A stretch of 64,000 bases of DNA. Origin: Vulcanimicrobiota bacterium (GTDB lineage Bacteria; Vulcanimicrobiota; Vulcanimicrobiia; Vulcanimicrobiales; Vulcanimicrobiaceae). The stretch is taken from assembly GCA_963795855.1 (NCBI GenBank), contig CAWCIZ010000002.1:448001-512000 (forward strand). The letters are read 5' to 3'. Shown piece after piece: positions 52,460 to 63,155 of this stretch. The notes beneath the pieces are model-generated. The model searched no databases. It saw only the letters and a list, made by a program, of their open reading frames with translations, and was not told the origin of the DNA. A program made the translations under genes and the position numbers. Position 1 is the stretch's first letter. Each line of letters starts with the position of its first letter.

Positions 52460-54720
52460 GTGTTTGCAGTAATCGCCGCGATCTGCTGCGTGGTTTCCGG
52501 ATTCGTCCATGCGCCGTCCGGAGCGCCGATCTCGGACGCGCAAGTCGTGCTGCGCGGACCGGTCACCCAGCGCGGCGTAAGCGACGCCGGAGGCAAGTTC
52601 ACGCTGCAGGCTCCCGCCGGAACATACCGGCTCACGGCCGACCGCCGCGGCTATTCACCTGTGACGGTCTCGCCCGTGCAAGTGAACGGCGACACGAACG
52701 TCGACGTCGTTCTGGAACCGGAGGACTCGCCGCAGACTTCGCACGATCGGCAGCGTGACGGTGAACGGCCGCTTGGCGCGCATCAGCGGCGCTATACCCT
52801 CAGTAATTCTCACGCGCTCGGATCTCGAACGCACCGGTATAGATCGGGTCAGCGAAGGTCTGCTCGACATTCCCTCGCTCGACATTCAGTATCCGCACAA
52901 CGGCGGCGCCGCGGGACTGGCGACGGTTTCGCTCCGCGGGCCGGACCCATCCGAAACGATGCTCACGCTCGACGGCCAACTGCTCAACGACGCGAACACC
53001 GGCGACGTCGACATCTCGCAGCTTCCCGTCGCCGCCTTTTCCGCGATCGACGTCTCCGAAGGTTTGGGGCCGCAAGACCTGGAGGGAAGCAGCACGATCG
53101 GCGGGGCGGTGAATTTGCTCTCGCTGCGGCCGACGCGCGACGCTCATTCCGCGTTTTCGCTCTCCGCCGGCTCCTTCGGCCAAAGCGAAATGTGGGCCAA
53201 CGCGACCGGCTCTGCGTCTAAACTGGGATACGCGCTCGCGCTCGACGATCAGCAAGAAGCCGGCTACGTGAACGAAACGGATCTCGTCTGTTCGTTCGAT
53301 CTGACCTCGTGCAGCCGTCAGCACCTCGGTTCGTCGATCGCACAGCGCTCCGCGCTCGCAAATCTCACGTATGCGTTTTCGCAGAACGCCGACGTCGGAG
53401 TGCGGCTCTTCAGCCTCGGCGACGTGCGAGATCAAAGCGCCGGAATCGCCGGAATCGATTCCGCGACGGGCATCCTGCAAGGACCGGGGCCGCAGACTGT
53501 TCGGCCAAAGCATTCGCGCCTATGACATGCACGGGCGCGCGCCGCTCGGGGCGGGAGAACTCGTAGCCGATCTTTCGCGCTCGACCGACAACGTCGACAT
53601 CGCCGGCGGCGGCGTCTCGAACCCGCTGTACGACCTTTCGCACGCCGACATGCGAACCAACGAATCGCTGCAGTGGGGACGCGCGTTCTCCGCGTCGAGC
53701 TTCGCGTTCGGCGGATATCTGCGTCAGGAGACGTTCGTCGCTCCGGGAGCGGTACCGCAGCTGACGCAGAACATCGCGTCGTATTTTGCTCGCGCGGCAT
53801 GGCAGCCGGCCGCGAAACTGCACCTGGGCGCCGGCTTGTACGCGTCACACTACACGACGTTCGGATCGAACCTCGACGGCCGTCTGAGTGCGGTTTACGA
53901 CACCGATCCGCGCACTTCCGTGCGCTTTTCAGCGGGAACGGGTTTCCGCGCTCCGCTGCTCATCGAGCGCTACGTCTTCACGAACGACGGACTGCCGCCG
54001 CCCGACAACAACTGCGTCATCTCCGGTCAGGGTAATCCGAATGAAAAGCCGGAGCACGCGACGGAATACGAGTTGGGCGTGTCGCGTCAATTCGGAGCAA
54101 ACTCGACGCTGGACGCGTCAGTCTATCGCACGAATCTGCGCGATCCGATCGAGAACTACTACCCCGGCGATACGTGCCCGGCCGTCAGCTATTCGTATCC
54201 GATTAATATCGGCAATGCCGTGTACGAAGGCGCCGAGCTGCACTACGTGCAGCGCTTTCCGCAAGCGCATGCGTTCATCACCGCGATGTACGGCTTGAAC
54301 GTCGCCTATCCGTCAAATATGCCTGTCACCGTGTCGAATCCCACGTCGGGCGCGTACATCGTCAACGACGAGCAGTTCCCGAATATTCCGCAGCAGCAAG
54401 CGTCGCTCGAAGCCGATTGGGCGTACCGCGCGTGGCACGCTGCGGCGGTCGGCGTGTATCGCGGAAACAACAATCCGCTCAATCAGCCGCCGCTCGTATT
54501 CGTCGACGCAGCGGTGGGGCGCGAGATCGCGCACGACGTCGATCTAACGCTCGCGGGAACGAACCTCTTCAACGCCGGTGCGGGGAAATTTCAGATCTTC
54601 AGTGGCGGCGAGCCGTATTACGGTGTGGTTGCGCCCGGACGGCTCGGGCCGCTTCCGACCAACCTGCTTACGGTGGAACCCGCCGGCTTGCGCCTCATTC
54701 TAACGGTGCGCTCGAAGTAG
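52460..54720 (+). CDS. TonB-dependent receptor (frameshifts near 52736 and 53496)
   Basis: Carboxypeptidase-regulatory-like N-domain, plug (VSLRG..TLDG..GGAVNL), GTGFRAP, NPNEKPEHA, GTNLFN. Confidence 0.85.
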
Positions 54721-55461
54721 CGACGAACGCCGCGATCGCCGGCAACGTAAGATCGGGCCGGTCGCGGTGCGGTGCATGGCCGCAGTTCGCAAGGTAGAGA
54801 ACGTCGACGCGCGATTCTTGCGCGGCGGCTCGGATTGCATCCAGTTGCGCGACGGTGCCGTATTCGTCGTCAGCTCCTGGATCGCCAGTATCGGCACGCG
54901 TGTTTTTCGAACCGCGTCTTCGATATTCCAGGTCCGAAATTGCGGATGCAGCCAAACGTCGTTCCAGCCGTAAAACGTGCGGTCGGGATCTTTGTGGTAG
55001 CGGCTCAGGCGTCGCCGTAATTCCGTCGACTCGTACGCCGTCTTCGCACGCGCGATGCTTTGCACGGAAACGTCCTCCACGAACACGTGCGGCGCTTCGC
55101 AGACGACGCCGCGAACGCGCGCGCCGATTTCGCCTGCATAAATCAACGCAATGGAGGCGCCGTCGCTCTGCCCGACCAGCACGGCATCGCGCACGTCGAA
55201 CGCGGCCAGCACGTCGGGAAGTGCCTCCAACGCCTCGTCATGCATGTACGAAACGGCACGCGACTCTTCCAGCACGTCGGAGCCGCCGTTGCCGTATCGC
55301 GAGTATGCAAGCACCGCGCAGCCGGTGAGCGATGCGAGATCTTCAGGCACGCGCTTCCACATCGCCGCGGATCCAAGCCCTTCATGCAGCAGCACGATGA
55401 CCGGCAGATCGCTCGAGCCGGGGATGTGCCGGACTTCGACGCGGCGCCGAGCCGCGGTTAT
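54695..55461 (-). CDS. Alpha/beta hydrolase (frameshift near 54875; start uncertain)
   Basis: LHEGLGS, GQSDGAS nucleophile elbow, QG.DDEYGT, CGHAPH. Confidence 0.85.
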
Positions 55462-55871
55462 CGATTCGATGGAATGAACGAGAGCGAAAGCGAGTTGATG
55501 CAGTACCGCGTGCCGAGCGGCTCGGGACCATCCTCGAACACGTGACCCAGATGCGAGTCACAGCGCTTGCAGCGGACTTCGGTGCGATTCATTCCGTGGC
55601 TGTAGTCGTCCACCAGTCGCACGTTTTGCTGCTGCTCCGGATGCGTGAAACTGGGCCAGCCGCAATGCGAATCGAACTTGGCGGACGATGCGAACAGTTT
55701 CGCGCCGCACGCGCCGCACGCGAACGTCCCGGCACCCCGTTCTTCGAGCAAGCTGCCGGTAAAGGGACGCTCGGTCCCCGCCTCTCGCAGCACGCGATAG
55801 CGCTCGGGGCCCAGCTGCGCGCGCCACTCCTGGTCGGTTTTGCTGACTTGCGTCGCGGCGTCGTCTTTCAT
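55458..55871 (-). CDS. msrB: Peptide-methionine (R)-S-oxide reductase
   Basis: GTERPFTG, CxxC, KFDSHCGWPSF, HLGHVF.DGP..RYCINS. Confidence 0.96.
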   Translation of the reverse strand: MKDDAATQVSKTDQEWRAQLGPERYRVLREAGTERPFTGSLLEERGAGTFACGACGAKLFASSAKFDSHCGWPSFTHPEQQQNVRLVDDYSHGMNRTEVRCKRCDSHLGHVFEDGPEPLGTRYCINSLSLSFIPSNR

Positions 55872-55875
55872 GGCG

Positions 55876-56550
55876 TTATTGTAACATCTCGACGTCGCCG
55901 CCGGTGTCGTCGAAAAGGAACTTCGTATCGAACTCCAGCGGCTCGCCCGTCGACTCGTCATTCACTCGCGAATGTATTTCCAACCGGTGCAAAACTTTGC
56001 CGTGCCGCTTCATCGTGCCGCCGTAAAAATATTGCACGAGCGGAATTCTGTCTTTGTCGAGCGGCGCCAACCGCTGATTTTGAACCAGCATAGACAGCAG
56101 ACGTTCCTGCAGACGCTCGGGGATCAGCCGCGCGACGTCATCCGCCTGCATGCGCACGAGTTCCAATTCTTTTTGTGCTTTGTTCTCGACGTTCACGCTC
56201 TGGTTGCTGCAAAAACGCACGAGCGCATCCCAGTCGTCGGCACCGATGCCCGTGAACTGCAAGCCGTAGCGCCAAACCGGTTTGCCCTGCAGCGTCCCCG
56301 GAATGCACCAGACGTGTTTGGCCCGCAGTAATATTGGACGCTCCTCGACGGCGATGCGGAAGTTCAATTCGTCTTTCTCGAACTTCATCGGCGAAACGAC
56401 GCCGATACCGCTTGCGGAAACGTCGACCGGAATGAGCGCCGTCCAACCGTTCTGCGCGGCGAGCCACACACGAAAACCGCCGGCGCGGCGCGGATAACGG
56501 CGCCGGTTATCCGATCGCCCCGAAAACCACGCCAGCAAATCGGTGAGCAT
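55876..56550 (-). CDS. PilZ-domain protein
   Basis: RRRYPR (RxxxR) and DVSASG (DxSxxG), YGLQF. Confidence 0.8.
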   Translation of the reverse strand: MLTDLLAWFSGRSDNRRRYPRRAGGFRVWLAAQNGWTALIPVDVSASGIGVVSPMKFEKDELNFRIAVEERPILLRAKHVWCIPGTLQGKPVWRYGLQFTGIGADDWDALVRFCSNQSVNVENKAQKELELVRMQADDVARLIPERLQERLLSMLVQNQRLAPLDKDRIPLVQYFYGGTMKRHGKVLHRLEIHSRVNDESTGEPLEFDTKFLFDDTGGDVEMLQ

Positions 56551-56559
56551 CCATTTCTC

Positions 56560-57783
56560 TTATCGGATGAACGAAAGGGATACCTTTGCCGCATCGTAGC
56601 CGCTCTGTATCGCGCCTGCGACCGTGCCTGCATCGTCGGCCGATGCCGCTTCACCCGCAAAGAACAGCGAATCGCCGATTGGCTCGGCGAGCCGCTCGCG
56701 CGCGCCGGCGCCGTTTACGCGCAGATAGCTGTATGCGCCGCATGCGTACGGATCAGTCTCCCAATCGTGGTAATATGCGTGCACCAGCTGCGCGCGGACG
56801 TCTATAGCCGGAAAGAGCCAGTCGCATGCGTCCAATGCAGCGCGGACCGGGTCGCTGCGCGGCGGCAGCAACGCGCTTGCGGCATCTCCGCCCGCCCAGA
56901 CCGCGAGAACCGGCGCGCGCTGCGGCATGCGCGACCACACCGTTCGAAACCCGTGCCGTCCGGGCACTTGAAAGAACCCGTCGTGCCAAAACACGGAACG
57001 GAACTCGAGCATGACTTTCACGACGGGCCCCATGCCGATCGCGTCGATCGCGTCCTGCTTCTCCGGCGGAAACGGCGGAACGAACCGCACGGATTGGCGG
57101 CGCAAAACGCCGATGGGCAGCGTCACTATGGCGCTGCGCGCGTGCACCTGCACCGGATGATTGGCGCGAACTGCATCAATCGCTATGCCCTCCGCCGACC
57201 ACCGAATTTCCTCGACACGCGTATCCAGCAGCGTTCGTTCGATCAGCGGACGCCACAGATAGTCCATGACCTGTGAGTAGCCGTTGCGCGGCCGCGACGA
57301 CGTATCGTTTACAGAACTGCGCCACTCTTTTGCAATTGCAATCACGCTCGCGTCCGTGGTAATCGCCGCATCGAAGCCTTCAATGAGCATGCGCGCCTGC
57401 GCCGCGTCATCCGAGTTCCGATTTTTCAAAAATTCGTCGACGCTCGTATCCGCGCCGTTTACGTCGACGCCGCCGAGTACGCGTTCCGTCGCCTCCCATA
57501 TCGCGTTCGGCGCGCTTGCAATTCCGATCGCCCCTTCGCCGCATTCGCGCAGCAGCGCCATCGTCGTTGCGGCTTTTCCGTGAATGAATTCCGCGCCGAG
57601 CTCGACCGGAAACGCGCCGTCCGTCGTTCGCACCGTGTAAGCGCGGCCGCCGACCCGATCGCGCGCCTCGATCAGCAGCACGTCGATGCCGCGATCGTGA
57701 AGGGTCCGTGCGGCCGCCAGGCCGGCGGCGCCTGCGCCGATCACGGCAACAGCGGTGGGTACAACCCGCCTATGAACGTCCAC
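56560..57783 (-). CDS. Flavin monoamine oxidase-family oxidoreductase; start uncertain
   Basis: VIGAGAAGLAAA, EARDRVGGR, ELGAEFIHG, FFAGEA..TVAGAIQSG. Confidence 0.88.
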   Translation of the reverse strand: MDVHRRVVPTAVAVIGAGAAGLAAARTLHDRGIDVLLIEARDRVGGRAYTVRTTDGAFPVELGAEFIHGKAATTMALLRECGEGAIGIASAPNAIWEATERVLGGVDVNGADTSVDEFLKNRNSDDAAQARMLIEGFDAAITTDASVIAIAKEWRSSVNDTSSRPRNGYSQVMDYLWRPLIERTLLDTRVEEIRWSAEGIAIDAVRANHPVQVHARSAIVTLPIGVLRRQSVRFVPPFPPEKQDAIDAIGMGPVVKVMLEFRSVFWHDGFFQVPGRHGFRTVWSRMPQRAPVLAVWAGGDAASALLPPRSDPVRAALDACDWLFPAIDVRAQLVHAYYHDWETDPYACGAYSYLRVNGAGARERLAEPIGDSLFFAGEAASADDAGTVAGAIQSGYDAAKVSLSFIR

Positions 57784-58254
57784 AGCACTTCCTTTTCCGA
57801 CGGCGCCGCCATTCCACAAAAATATGCCTTCAGCGGCATGGGATGCACCGGCGAGAATCTTTCCCCGCATCTGAGTTGGAACGATGCGCCAGCCGGAACC
57901 AAGAGTTTCGCGGTCGTCATGCACGATCCCGACGCGCCCACGTCGGGCGGCTTTTATCATTGGGTGATGTTCAACATCCCGGGCGATACGCGCGAACTCG
58001 CGGAAGGTGAAGGCGGAAAGCAATTCGGAAAGATTTTTTCAGGAGTGGTGCTTGGGCACACCGACTTCGGCGCGAACGAATACGGCGGCCCTTGTCCGCC
58101 GCCCGGGCCGCCGCACCGCTATCACATCACGGTGTATGCGCTCGACACGGAAAAGTTGCCGCTCGACAAGTCGACGACCGGGGCGAAATTCGAATTCGCG
58201 GCCGCGCCGCATACCCTGGCAAAAGCGGAAATCGTCGGCGTGTACGCCAGATAG
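57772..58254 (+). CDS. YbhB/YbcL (PEBP) family protein
   Basis: GENLSPHLSW, HDPDAPT..HWV, YGGPCPPPG..HRY. Confidence 0.93.
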   Translation: MNVHSTSFSDGAAIPQKYAFSGMGCTGENLSPHLSWNDAPAGTKSFAVVMHDPDAPTSGGFYHWVMFNIPGDTRELAEGEGGKQFGKIFSGVVLGHTDFGANEYGGPCPPPGPPHRYHITVYALDTEKLPLDKSTTGAKFEFAAAPHTLAKAEIVGVYAR

Positions 58255-58258
58255 GCAG

Positions 58259-58286
58259 CGGGCGCCGCTGATGCGGCGCCCGTTTC
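58259..58286 (+). terminator. Intrinsic terminator hairpin
   Basis: CGGGCGCCGC-TGAT-GCGGCGCCCG then TTTC. Confidence 0.65.
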
Positions 58287-58297
58287 GATTGCGCGGC

Positions 58298-58483
58298 TTA
58301 CTCGCCGGCGCCTATATCGGATCGCATAGATTCGCGTATCTGCGTTTTATCGTCCGTGTCGCGATCGCTTTCGATTTCGCCGCGTTCGGTTTTCGAGCGC
58401 TTCATCGTGTCGGTGACGTTGCGGTCGCGCATCTCCCGGTCGTCCATCGCGGTATTCCGAGTCGGGTCTCTGTCGTTGTTCAT
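58298..58483 (-). CDS. Small highly charged hydrophilic protein (61 aa)
   Basis: SD GAGGTG; D/E/R/T-rich. Confidence 0.6.
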   Translation of the reverse strand: MNNDRDPTRNTAMDDREMRDRNVTDTMKRSKTERGEIESDRDTDDKTQIRESMRSDIGAGE

Positions 58484-58537
58484 TCAACTCACCTCGCACC
58501 GGAGCTTTCCCGCCCGCGCCTAAGCGGCAAACCGTTT

Positions 58538-58942
58538 TTATCTGACAATTGCCGAAATTGCAGATTGAATGTCACTCGGTACGCGTCGGGCGGCGAAGGT
58601 TTGTTTCAAGTCTGACAATGCTGCGTGCTTCTGCTCTGCCGTCAGCGAGGGCGCGTTGCGGACCAAGGAGATGTTCGGCCTGACCGGCGCGCAGGGTTCG
58701 CCCGCTTCTTTGCACGCGTAGTCGGCCGCGTACTTCGCGAGCTCGGCGCGCTGCGCGGGCGTTACGTCGACGAAATAGCGCGAGAGCTGCGGATCCGAGG
58801 ACAAACGCCGGATGAGATCGCCGGAAATGCCGCGCACGCCGGAGTAGCCTCCGAGACGCACGTACATCGAATGGTATGACTCCGCAGCGGCTACGCTGAA
58901 GGCAAGCAGGGCGGCGAGAAGGACGGCAAATGCAATTCGCAT
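58538..58942 (-). CDS. Secreted group I truncated-globin-like protein
   Basis: Signal peptide then SMYVRLGG..DPQLSRYF..C..AG.PC. Confidence 0.65.
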   Translation of the reverse strand: MRIAFAVLLAALLAFSVAAAESYHSMYVRLGGYSGVRGISGDLIRRLSSDPQLSRYFVDVTPAQRAELAKYAADYACKEAGEPCAPVRPNISLVRNAPSLTAEQKHAALSDLKQTFAARRVPSDIQSAISAIVR

Positions 58943-58991
58943 GATGCGTTAATTCGCGAAAAATGACGGCGTTTATTCCAAGGCAAGCAAA

Positions 58992-59510
58992 CTATCGCGT
59001 TCGTTCCAGAAAGACCACGGGCGCGCCGTTTATGGCTCCACGGTCGAACGCCCGATAACCGAAGTTCTGTACGATCCGCAGCGAGGCGGCATTCGCGTCG
59101 TTCACCAAACAAACCGTGCGCGCCGGCAGATGCGCATCGCCCCACTCGAGGACCGCGCGCACCGCTTCGGACGCATACCCCTTGCCCGTCATCGCCGTCG
59201 CGAGCGCAAACCCGAGTTCGGGAGCGTTTTGCATAGCCGGAATCGTCTCGCGTTTGAAATCCGCGAAACCCGTCTCACCAACGAAAGCTGCCGTGGATTT
59301 TTCCTCGATGACCCAATACCCGTAGCTCACTAAGGACCAATGCCCGGCGTATGCGAGTATGCGCGACCACGTCTGCGTGCGAGTCGACGGAATGCCGCTG
59401 ATGAACCGCGTCACGACCGAATCGGCCCACATCGCCGAGCAGTCGTCAAGATCTTCGCGGCGGTGGCCGCGCAGACGCAGTCGCGGCGTTTGAATCTCCG
59501 GGACGCTCAT
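58992..59510 (-). CDS. GNAT (RimJ/RimL-type) acetyltransferase
   Basis: TPRLRLR, PELGFAL..GKGYASEAV, N.ASLR. Confidence 0.9.
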   Translation of the reverse strand: MSVPEIQTPRLRLRGHRREDLDDCSAMWADSVVTRFISGIPSTRTQTWSRILAYAGHWSLVSYGYWVIEEKSTAAFVGETGFADFKRETIPAMQNAPELGFALATAMTGKGYASEAVRAVLEWGDAHLPARTVCLVNDANAASLRIVQNFGYRAFDRGAINGAPVVFLERTR

Positions 59511-62500
59511 CGAACTACTGCCCGCTCAACTTGACGCAGCAGCGTCTGCACCGCCGCATGCAACTGCGGATCGGCGGTCGAGCCGACCGGCCGCGTAACG
59601 TACACGTCGACGGGGCGCGGATGCAGTTCCATGTTTTGGCCGCCGAGCGTCGTGACGCGCTCGAAGGGTAAACGGAACGTCGAACCGTCGACAAGTGAAA
59701 TCGCGGACGTGTAAATGATCCAGCCCGCCGTCGGGACGCCGACGACCTTGCCGAGATGAAGCGCGCGGTAACCTTGCGTGAAGTCCTCGCCGTCCGAGAG
59801 CGTTTCTTCGTTCACCATCAGGACCGTCGGTTTTTCCAGCGCGCGCTGTCCCAGTTCGGTTCGCGCGGCCACCGCCGGCATGTTTCGCGGATACATACGC
59901 AAGTAGGGGCGGCGACCGAAAACGTCGAGCGCATACGCGTTCACGAAGCCGCCTTCATTCGAACGCACGTCGACGACGACGCCGTCCTTGCCGTAATCGG
60001 TGACGTTGAGATCTTGATACAATCTCGCCAGCGAGTCCGCCGACATATCCGGCATGTGCACGTATCCCAGACGTCCGCCGCTCTCGCGCAATACTGTCTC
60101 GCGGTTCGCCTCCACCCACGCTCGATAGCGAAGTTCCATCGCGGTCGCGTAGTTGACGGGCTGAACCGCGACGTCGCGCGAGCCGTTCGCAGACCGGATC
60201 GTGAGAACGACGCGCTTGCCGATCGTATTGTCCAAAACCGCGTCCAAGTTCGTGCCGGAGCCGATGCGAGCGCCGTTCACGGCGAGCAAGTCATCGCCGG
60301 CGCGGATTCGTCCGCTTATCGCCGCGGGCGACTGCGGGACGACGGCAGTGATGCGAAGCGTTCCGCTGCGTTCGTACGCATCGCGATCGAAATCGAGGCC
60401 GAGGCGCCCGCTCGTGCGCTTCGCCGGCGAGGGCGGATAGACGCCGCTGTGGGAGCTGTTCAGTTCGCCTACCATCATCGCGAGCAGCCGGCGGAACTCG
60501 TCCGGCGTTTGCGCGCCGGCGATCTGCGGCGCGTACCGCTCGCGCACCGCTGCCCAATCGACGCCGTTGGTGTGCGGGTCGGCATAGAAGTCGCGGATGG
60601 CGCTCCAGGCTTGCTCGAAGGATTGCACCTTGTCGCGGTTCCAGTCTTCGTCGAACTCGGCGCTGACGTTGAGCGGCGTTTCCTTTCCGTTCGACGCGTC
60701 GACGATCTGCAGCGCGCCGTCGCCGTCGAGATAGTAGATCGTCTTTCCATCGGGAGACCACGTGGGCAAGTTCTTATCGCCGGCCGAATGCGTGAGCTGC
60801 CGCACGACGGCCTTATCGGTGAGCGGAAACAAGTACAGGTTGGTTTGTCCGGCTGCAACGGCACTGACCAGCAGCGTCTTGCCGTCCGGACTCAACGCCT
60901 GCGATTGCACGTCCACGCCAATGGGCAACAGCTGCAACCGCTGTTCGATATTCCCAAACGCAATGTCCACACGTTCTTTTTTGGGCGGCGTCGTACGCTG
61001 CGATGCGTTGGTTTGATGCACGGATGGTCCGGTTGGTGTGAAAGCTCTTTGAATTTGGTCTCTTCGAACACCGGCGTACGCGGCGTCAAATCGACGCGCG
61101 CCACCTGTCCCGGTTCCGTTCGCTGCGCGGTATCGAACAACACGAATTTGCCGCCCGGATCCCACGAAATCGTGTCGTCGAAGACGTTTGCAAGGAATGA
61201 AACCGGCCGCTGCTGCGGAGCATCGGCATCGACGACGTGCACGTTCGTGAATCCCATCGGCTCCGCTGCGAAGAATGCGAGCCAGCGTCCATCCGGGGAC
61301 CATTGCAGCGGCCGATCCGGGTCGAACGGTTCCCAGGGCAGCTCTTGCCGCGCAAGCGTCCGTACGGACTTCGTCGCCACGTCGAGCACGCGCACTTCGC
61401 CCGGCGTTTCGAAGGCGATCCGTTCGGCTGCGCCGTCCTCATGGGGCCGGTATTGCAAGTAGCGGATGTCCTGCGGCCCGGCCACCAGCTGCGCGCTGCG
61501 ATCGTTCAGAAAATCGTACGTTTGGATCGCGCCGTCGTGTCCTTCGCCCGCAACGTACGCGACGGTGTTGCTGTCCGGCGCCCATGCAACCGCGCCCAGC
61601 GCATACCGCCCGTGCAGCGGCACTTCCTGGGCCGAGCCGCCGTCTTTCGCGTCGGCGGCGAACAGCCGGCCGTGCGTGATGAACGCAACTTTCTTTCCGT
61701 CGGGCGAGAGCGCAAACGCCGTGAAACGATCGTGCGCCGTCGGGTGAGCGGTGTGCGGCGCTTCAATGGCCCCTTCCAAACGTACCGGAATATGCTGCGT
61801 GCCGCCGCTCGCAACGTCGTAGCGGTAGATGCCGAAGTTCCGTTCGAAGACGATAGCGGAACCGTCGCGCGCGATGCTCGGCCAAACGACTCTGCCGCTG
61901 CTGAAATGCGTGAGTTGGCGCGCGGCCGCACCGGGACGCTGCTGCCAAAGATTCTGGGCACCGCTGCGATCGGACATGAAATACAGGGTGCGCGCGTCGC
62001 GCGACCACATCGGCCACTCGTCTTTAGCCGTTCCCGGCGTGACGCGCTCGTATGCGCCTTGCGGCGTGCGGATCCAAATCTCGCACTCATCGAGATGGCT
62101 GTGCCCGACGCGCCACCACTGCGAGCCGGCAAAACCGCGCGCGTCGAACGCAAGCGTGCCGTCACGCGGCGAGGGCGCTGCAAGGTACACGTTCATGTAC
62201 GGCTGCGTCACGACGCGCATCGGCGTGCCGCCTGACGCGGAGACGCGGTAGACGTCGTGCGCGCCGTAGATATTGCGGCTGGAATTCGCGAAGTAGACGT
62301 ACCGGCCATCGGGCGACCAACCGTCGAGTTCGTCGTAGCCGTCGTCGTACGTCAGGCGCGAAACCGTGCCGTCGGATAGGCGCAGCACGTAAATGTCGCC
62401 GTTGCCCGTCTTGGACGAGATGTATGCCACCTTCGTCCCGTCGGGCGAGTAGATCGGCCGCTCGTCGGTCGCACCGTCGGCGATCAGCAGTCGCGCCGTC

Positions 62501-62622
62501 CCACCCGAAGCCGGAACGGTCCAAACGCTTCCGCCGGAGGTAAATGCAATCGTGCGCGCGTCGGGAGAGAGTGACGGCTGCGCGAGCGAAGCGAGCGCGG
62601 CAACGGCGGCGGCGACTATCAT
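59507..62622 (-). CDS. Tricorn-like S41 protease (frameshift near 61044)
   Basis: PD40/TolB repeats (SPDG), GELNSSH, PDZ domain, GYVHMPDM, DVRSNEGG, SDGE. Confidence 0.9.
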
Positions 62623-62638
62623 ACCGCGCTCTTTTCGT

Positions 62639-63154
62639 CTACTTCGTGTTTTCCCACTGCTGCGCGAAGATGACGCCGCGCAGATCTTTCTCGAGCGCAA
62701 AAAATGCTTTGGCGCGCGCGTCGTCGAGATCGATCTCCTGCATGCCGGCCGTCACGGTTCCGAGAGTAGTGGTTACTCCGCACCGCACGACGCTGATTTG
62801 ATCTTCGGGGCCGTCAAGATAGAGATTCGTCGCCGGTGATAAGCGCATTTCGAAAAAATCGTGGCGTTTCAGCACGCCCATGACGGCCGTATACGCGCCG
62901 AGCGGCTTCGCCGCGTCGTACGTTCCGCGAATGCTCGTCGCTCGCCGCGCATCCAGAGTAACCTGTGCCTTCAAACCGGCCGGGTAGTACACCGCCTCGA
63001 ACGTGTACCACGGCAATGCCTGACCCACGAGCGAGTACTGCGCCACCTTCACGTAAACGACGTCGTCATACGATGGAGCACCGGCGGCGCATGAAGCGGC
63101 GGCGCGCGAACAGACTAGAAGCAAAAGGCAAGCGGCGGCGACGAAAGCGCGCAC
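62639..63154 (-). CDS. Secreted hypothetical protein
   Basis: GTG-led signal peptide VRAFVAAACLLLLVC; in the operon between oppF and the protease. Confidence 0.6.
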   Translation of the reverse strand: MRAFVAAACLLLLVCSRAAASCAAGAPSYDDVVYVKVAQYSLVGQALPWYTFEAVYYPAGLKAQVTLDARRATSIRGTYDAAKPLGAYTAVMGVLKRHDFFEMRLSPATNLYLDGPEDQISVVRCGVTTTLGTVTAGMQEIDLDDARAKAFFALEKDLRGVIFAQQWENTK

Positions 63155-63155
63155 G

